From positions 1,612,001 through 1,676,000 of the forward strand of contig NW_025964235.1 in assembly GCF_023055435.1 (NCBI RefSeq): a stretch of DNA of 64,000 nucleotides, written 5' to 3'. The stretch comes from Haliotis rufescens (taxonomy: Eukaryota). Shown here one piece after another: positions 62,180 to 64,000 of the stretch. Position 1 is the stretch's first letter. Each line of letters starts with the position of its first letter. The notes below the pieces were generated by a model. That model was not told the origin of the DNA. It did no database searches and was given only the letters and a program-made list of their open reading frames with translations. The translations under genes and the position numbers were made by a program.

Positions 62180-62560
62180 AACACATAACACTCCACCTCC
62201 CCGACTACCCACAGACAACACTCCACCTCCCCGACTACCCACAGACAACACTCCACTTTACCCCACTGCCCACAGACGACACACTCCTCCTTCCCCCAAC
62301 TACCCACAGACAACACTCCGCCTTACCCCACTACCCACAGACAACACTCCACCACCCCCACTACCCACAGACAACACTCCAACTTCCCGTATTACTCACA
62401 CATAACACTCCTCCCCCCCCTCCCCCCCCCCCAAACTACCTACATACAACACTCCACCTCCCCCACTACACACAGACAACACTCCTCTTTCCCCCACTAC
62501 CCACAGGCAACGCTCCACCTCCCCCACTACCCACAGCCAACGGTCCATCTTCCCCATCAG
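62180..62560. repeat. Approx. 30-bp C-rich minisatellite
   Basis: Variants of actacccacagacaacactccacctcccc. Confidence 0.9.
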
Positions 62561-62601
62561 ACCTCTCCACCCTCCCCCATCACCCTCCAGCTGATACTCA
62601 C

Positions 62602-62627
62602 GGTGTCAAAGTCGTAGGCGAAGTCCC
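62602..62627 (-). CDS. ACP7: ACP7 26-nt micro-exon (GDxxY motif)
   Basis: ttctttacag acceptor; (G)DFAYDFDT; gtgagt donor; in frame with the next exon. Upstream exons lie beyond the window. Confidence 0.88.
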
Positions 62628-62856
62628 CTGTAAAGAAAACCACGCGTAGATGTTAAGGAATTATGTAAACAAATGATACTGCACCGCAAAAGAAACGTCA
62701 CGTCATGAAAATAATTAATGAAGTTCACATTGATGTGGATGTGTGTGTATCTGTCTGTCTGTCTGTCTGTCTGTCTGATACCATACCGCAATTTAACACG
62801 AAAACCAACACGAACCTAACTAACCAAAGCTCTACAAAAGGAAAATGAAGACCAAA

Positions 62857-64000
62857 AGCTTGTCACTAACCAATGTGGATATATCACCAACACAAGCTTG
62901 TCACTAACCAATGTGGAGATAACACCAACACAAGCTTGTCACAAATCAATGTGGAGATATCACCAACACAAGCTTGTCACTAACCAATGTGGAGATATCA
63001 CCAACACAAGTTTGTCACTAACCAATGTGGATATATCACGAACACAAGTTTGTCACAAACCAATGTGGAGATATCACCAACACAAGCTTGTCACTAACCA
63101 ATGTGGATATATCACCAACACAAGCTTGTCACTAACCAATGTGGAGATAACACCAACACAAGCTTGTCACAAATCAATGTGGAGATATCACCAACACAAG
63201 CTTGTCACTAACCAATGTGGAGATATCACCAACACAAGTTTGTCACTAACCAATGCGGATATATCACGAACACAAGTTTGTCACAAACCAATGTGGAGAT
63301 ATCACCAACACAAGCTTGTCACTAACCAATGTGGAGATAACACCAACACAAGCTTGTCACAAATCAATGTGGAGATATCACCAACACAAGCTTGTCACTA
63401 ACCAATGTGGAGATATCACCAACACAAGCTTGTCACAAACCAATGTGGAGATATCACCAACACAAGCTTGTCACTAACCAATGTGGAGATATCACCAACA
63501 CAAGTTTGTCACTAACCAATGTGGATATATCACGAACACAAGTTTGTCACAAACCAATGTGGAGATATCACCAACACAAGCTTGTCACTAACCAATATGG
63601 AGATATCACCAACACAAGCTTCTCCCAATCAATGTGGAGATATCACCAACACAAGCTTGTCACTAACCAATGTGGAGATAACACCAACACAAGCTTGTCC
63701 CAATCAATGTGGAGATAACACCAACACAAGCTTCTCCCAATCAATGTGTAGATATCACCAACACAAGCTTGTCACAAATCAATGTGGATATATCACGAAC
63801 ACAAGTTTGTCCCAATCAATGTGGAGATAACACCAACACAAGTTTGTCCCAATCAATGTGGAGATATCACCAACACAAGTTTGTCCCAATCAATGTGGAG
63901 ATAACACCAACACAAGCTTGTCACAAATCAATGTGGAGATATCACCAACACAAGCTTGTCACTAACCAATGTGGAGATATCACCAACACAAGCTTGTCAC
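62857..64000. repeat. 38-bp minisatellite (runs off the window)
   Basis: Unit caagcttgtcactaaccaatgtggagatatcaccaaca. Confidence 0.96.

Overview
Repeat-rich animal genomic DNA with spliceosomal introns and several N gaps. It is probably molluscan or gastropod, judged from the SINE and transposon types (inference only). Protein-coding content, reconstructed by hand from splice sites: (1) the last three exons of a divergent aldose 1-epimerase/GALM (+); its penultimate exon end and donor site are amplified into eight in-frame 54-bp copies. (2) A complete three-exon gene missed as a unit by the ORF track (-, 18667->15753, 182 aa): signal peptide, Cys-rich Ig-like domain, PST stalk and probable GPI signal, with kB-like sites in a duplicated upstream region. 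(3) Two tandem CARD plus coiled-coil paralogues (+, 22715-23791 and 33103-33852), each with a single coding exon. They share a near-identical 5' tract and twin ATKEEL beta-layer-like motifs, and the second copy is C-terminally truncated. (4) A delilah/taxi-type bHLH gene (+, 45604-46779). (5) The last eight exons of a purple acid phosphatase, ACP7/PAPL (-). The rest is nested mobile DNA: CR1/L2-like LINE pieces, three Tc1 elements, a mariner fragment, a Helentron-like element with a decayed herpes-tegument-type deubiquitinase, hairpin-ended elements, several SINE families and many mini- or microsatellites.
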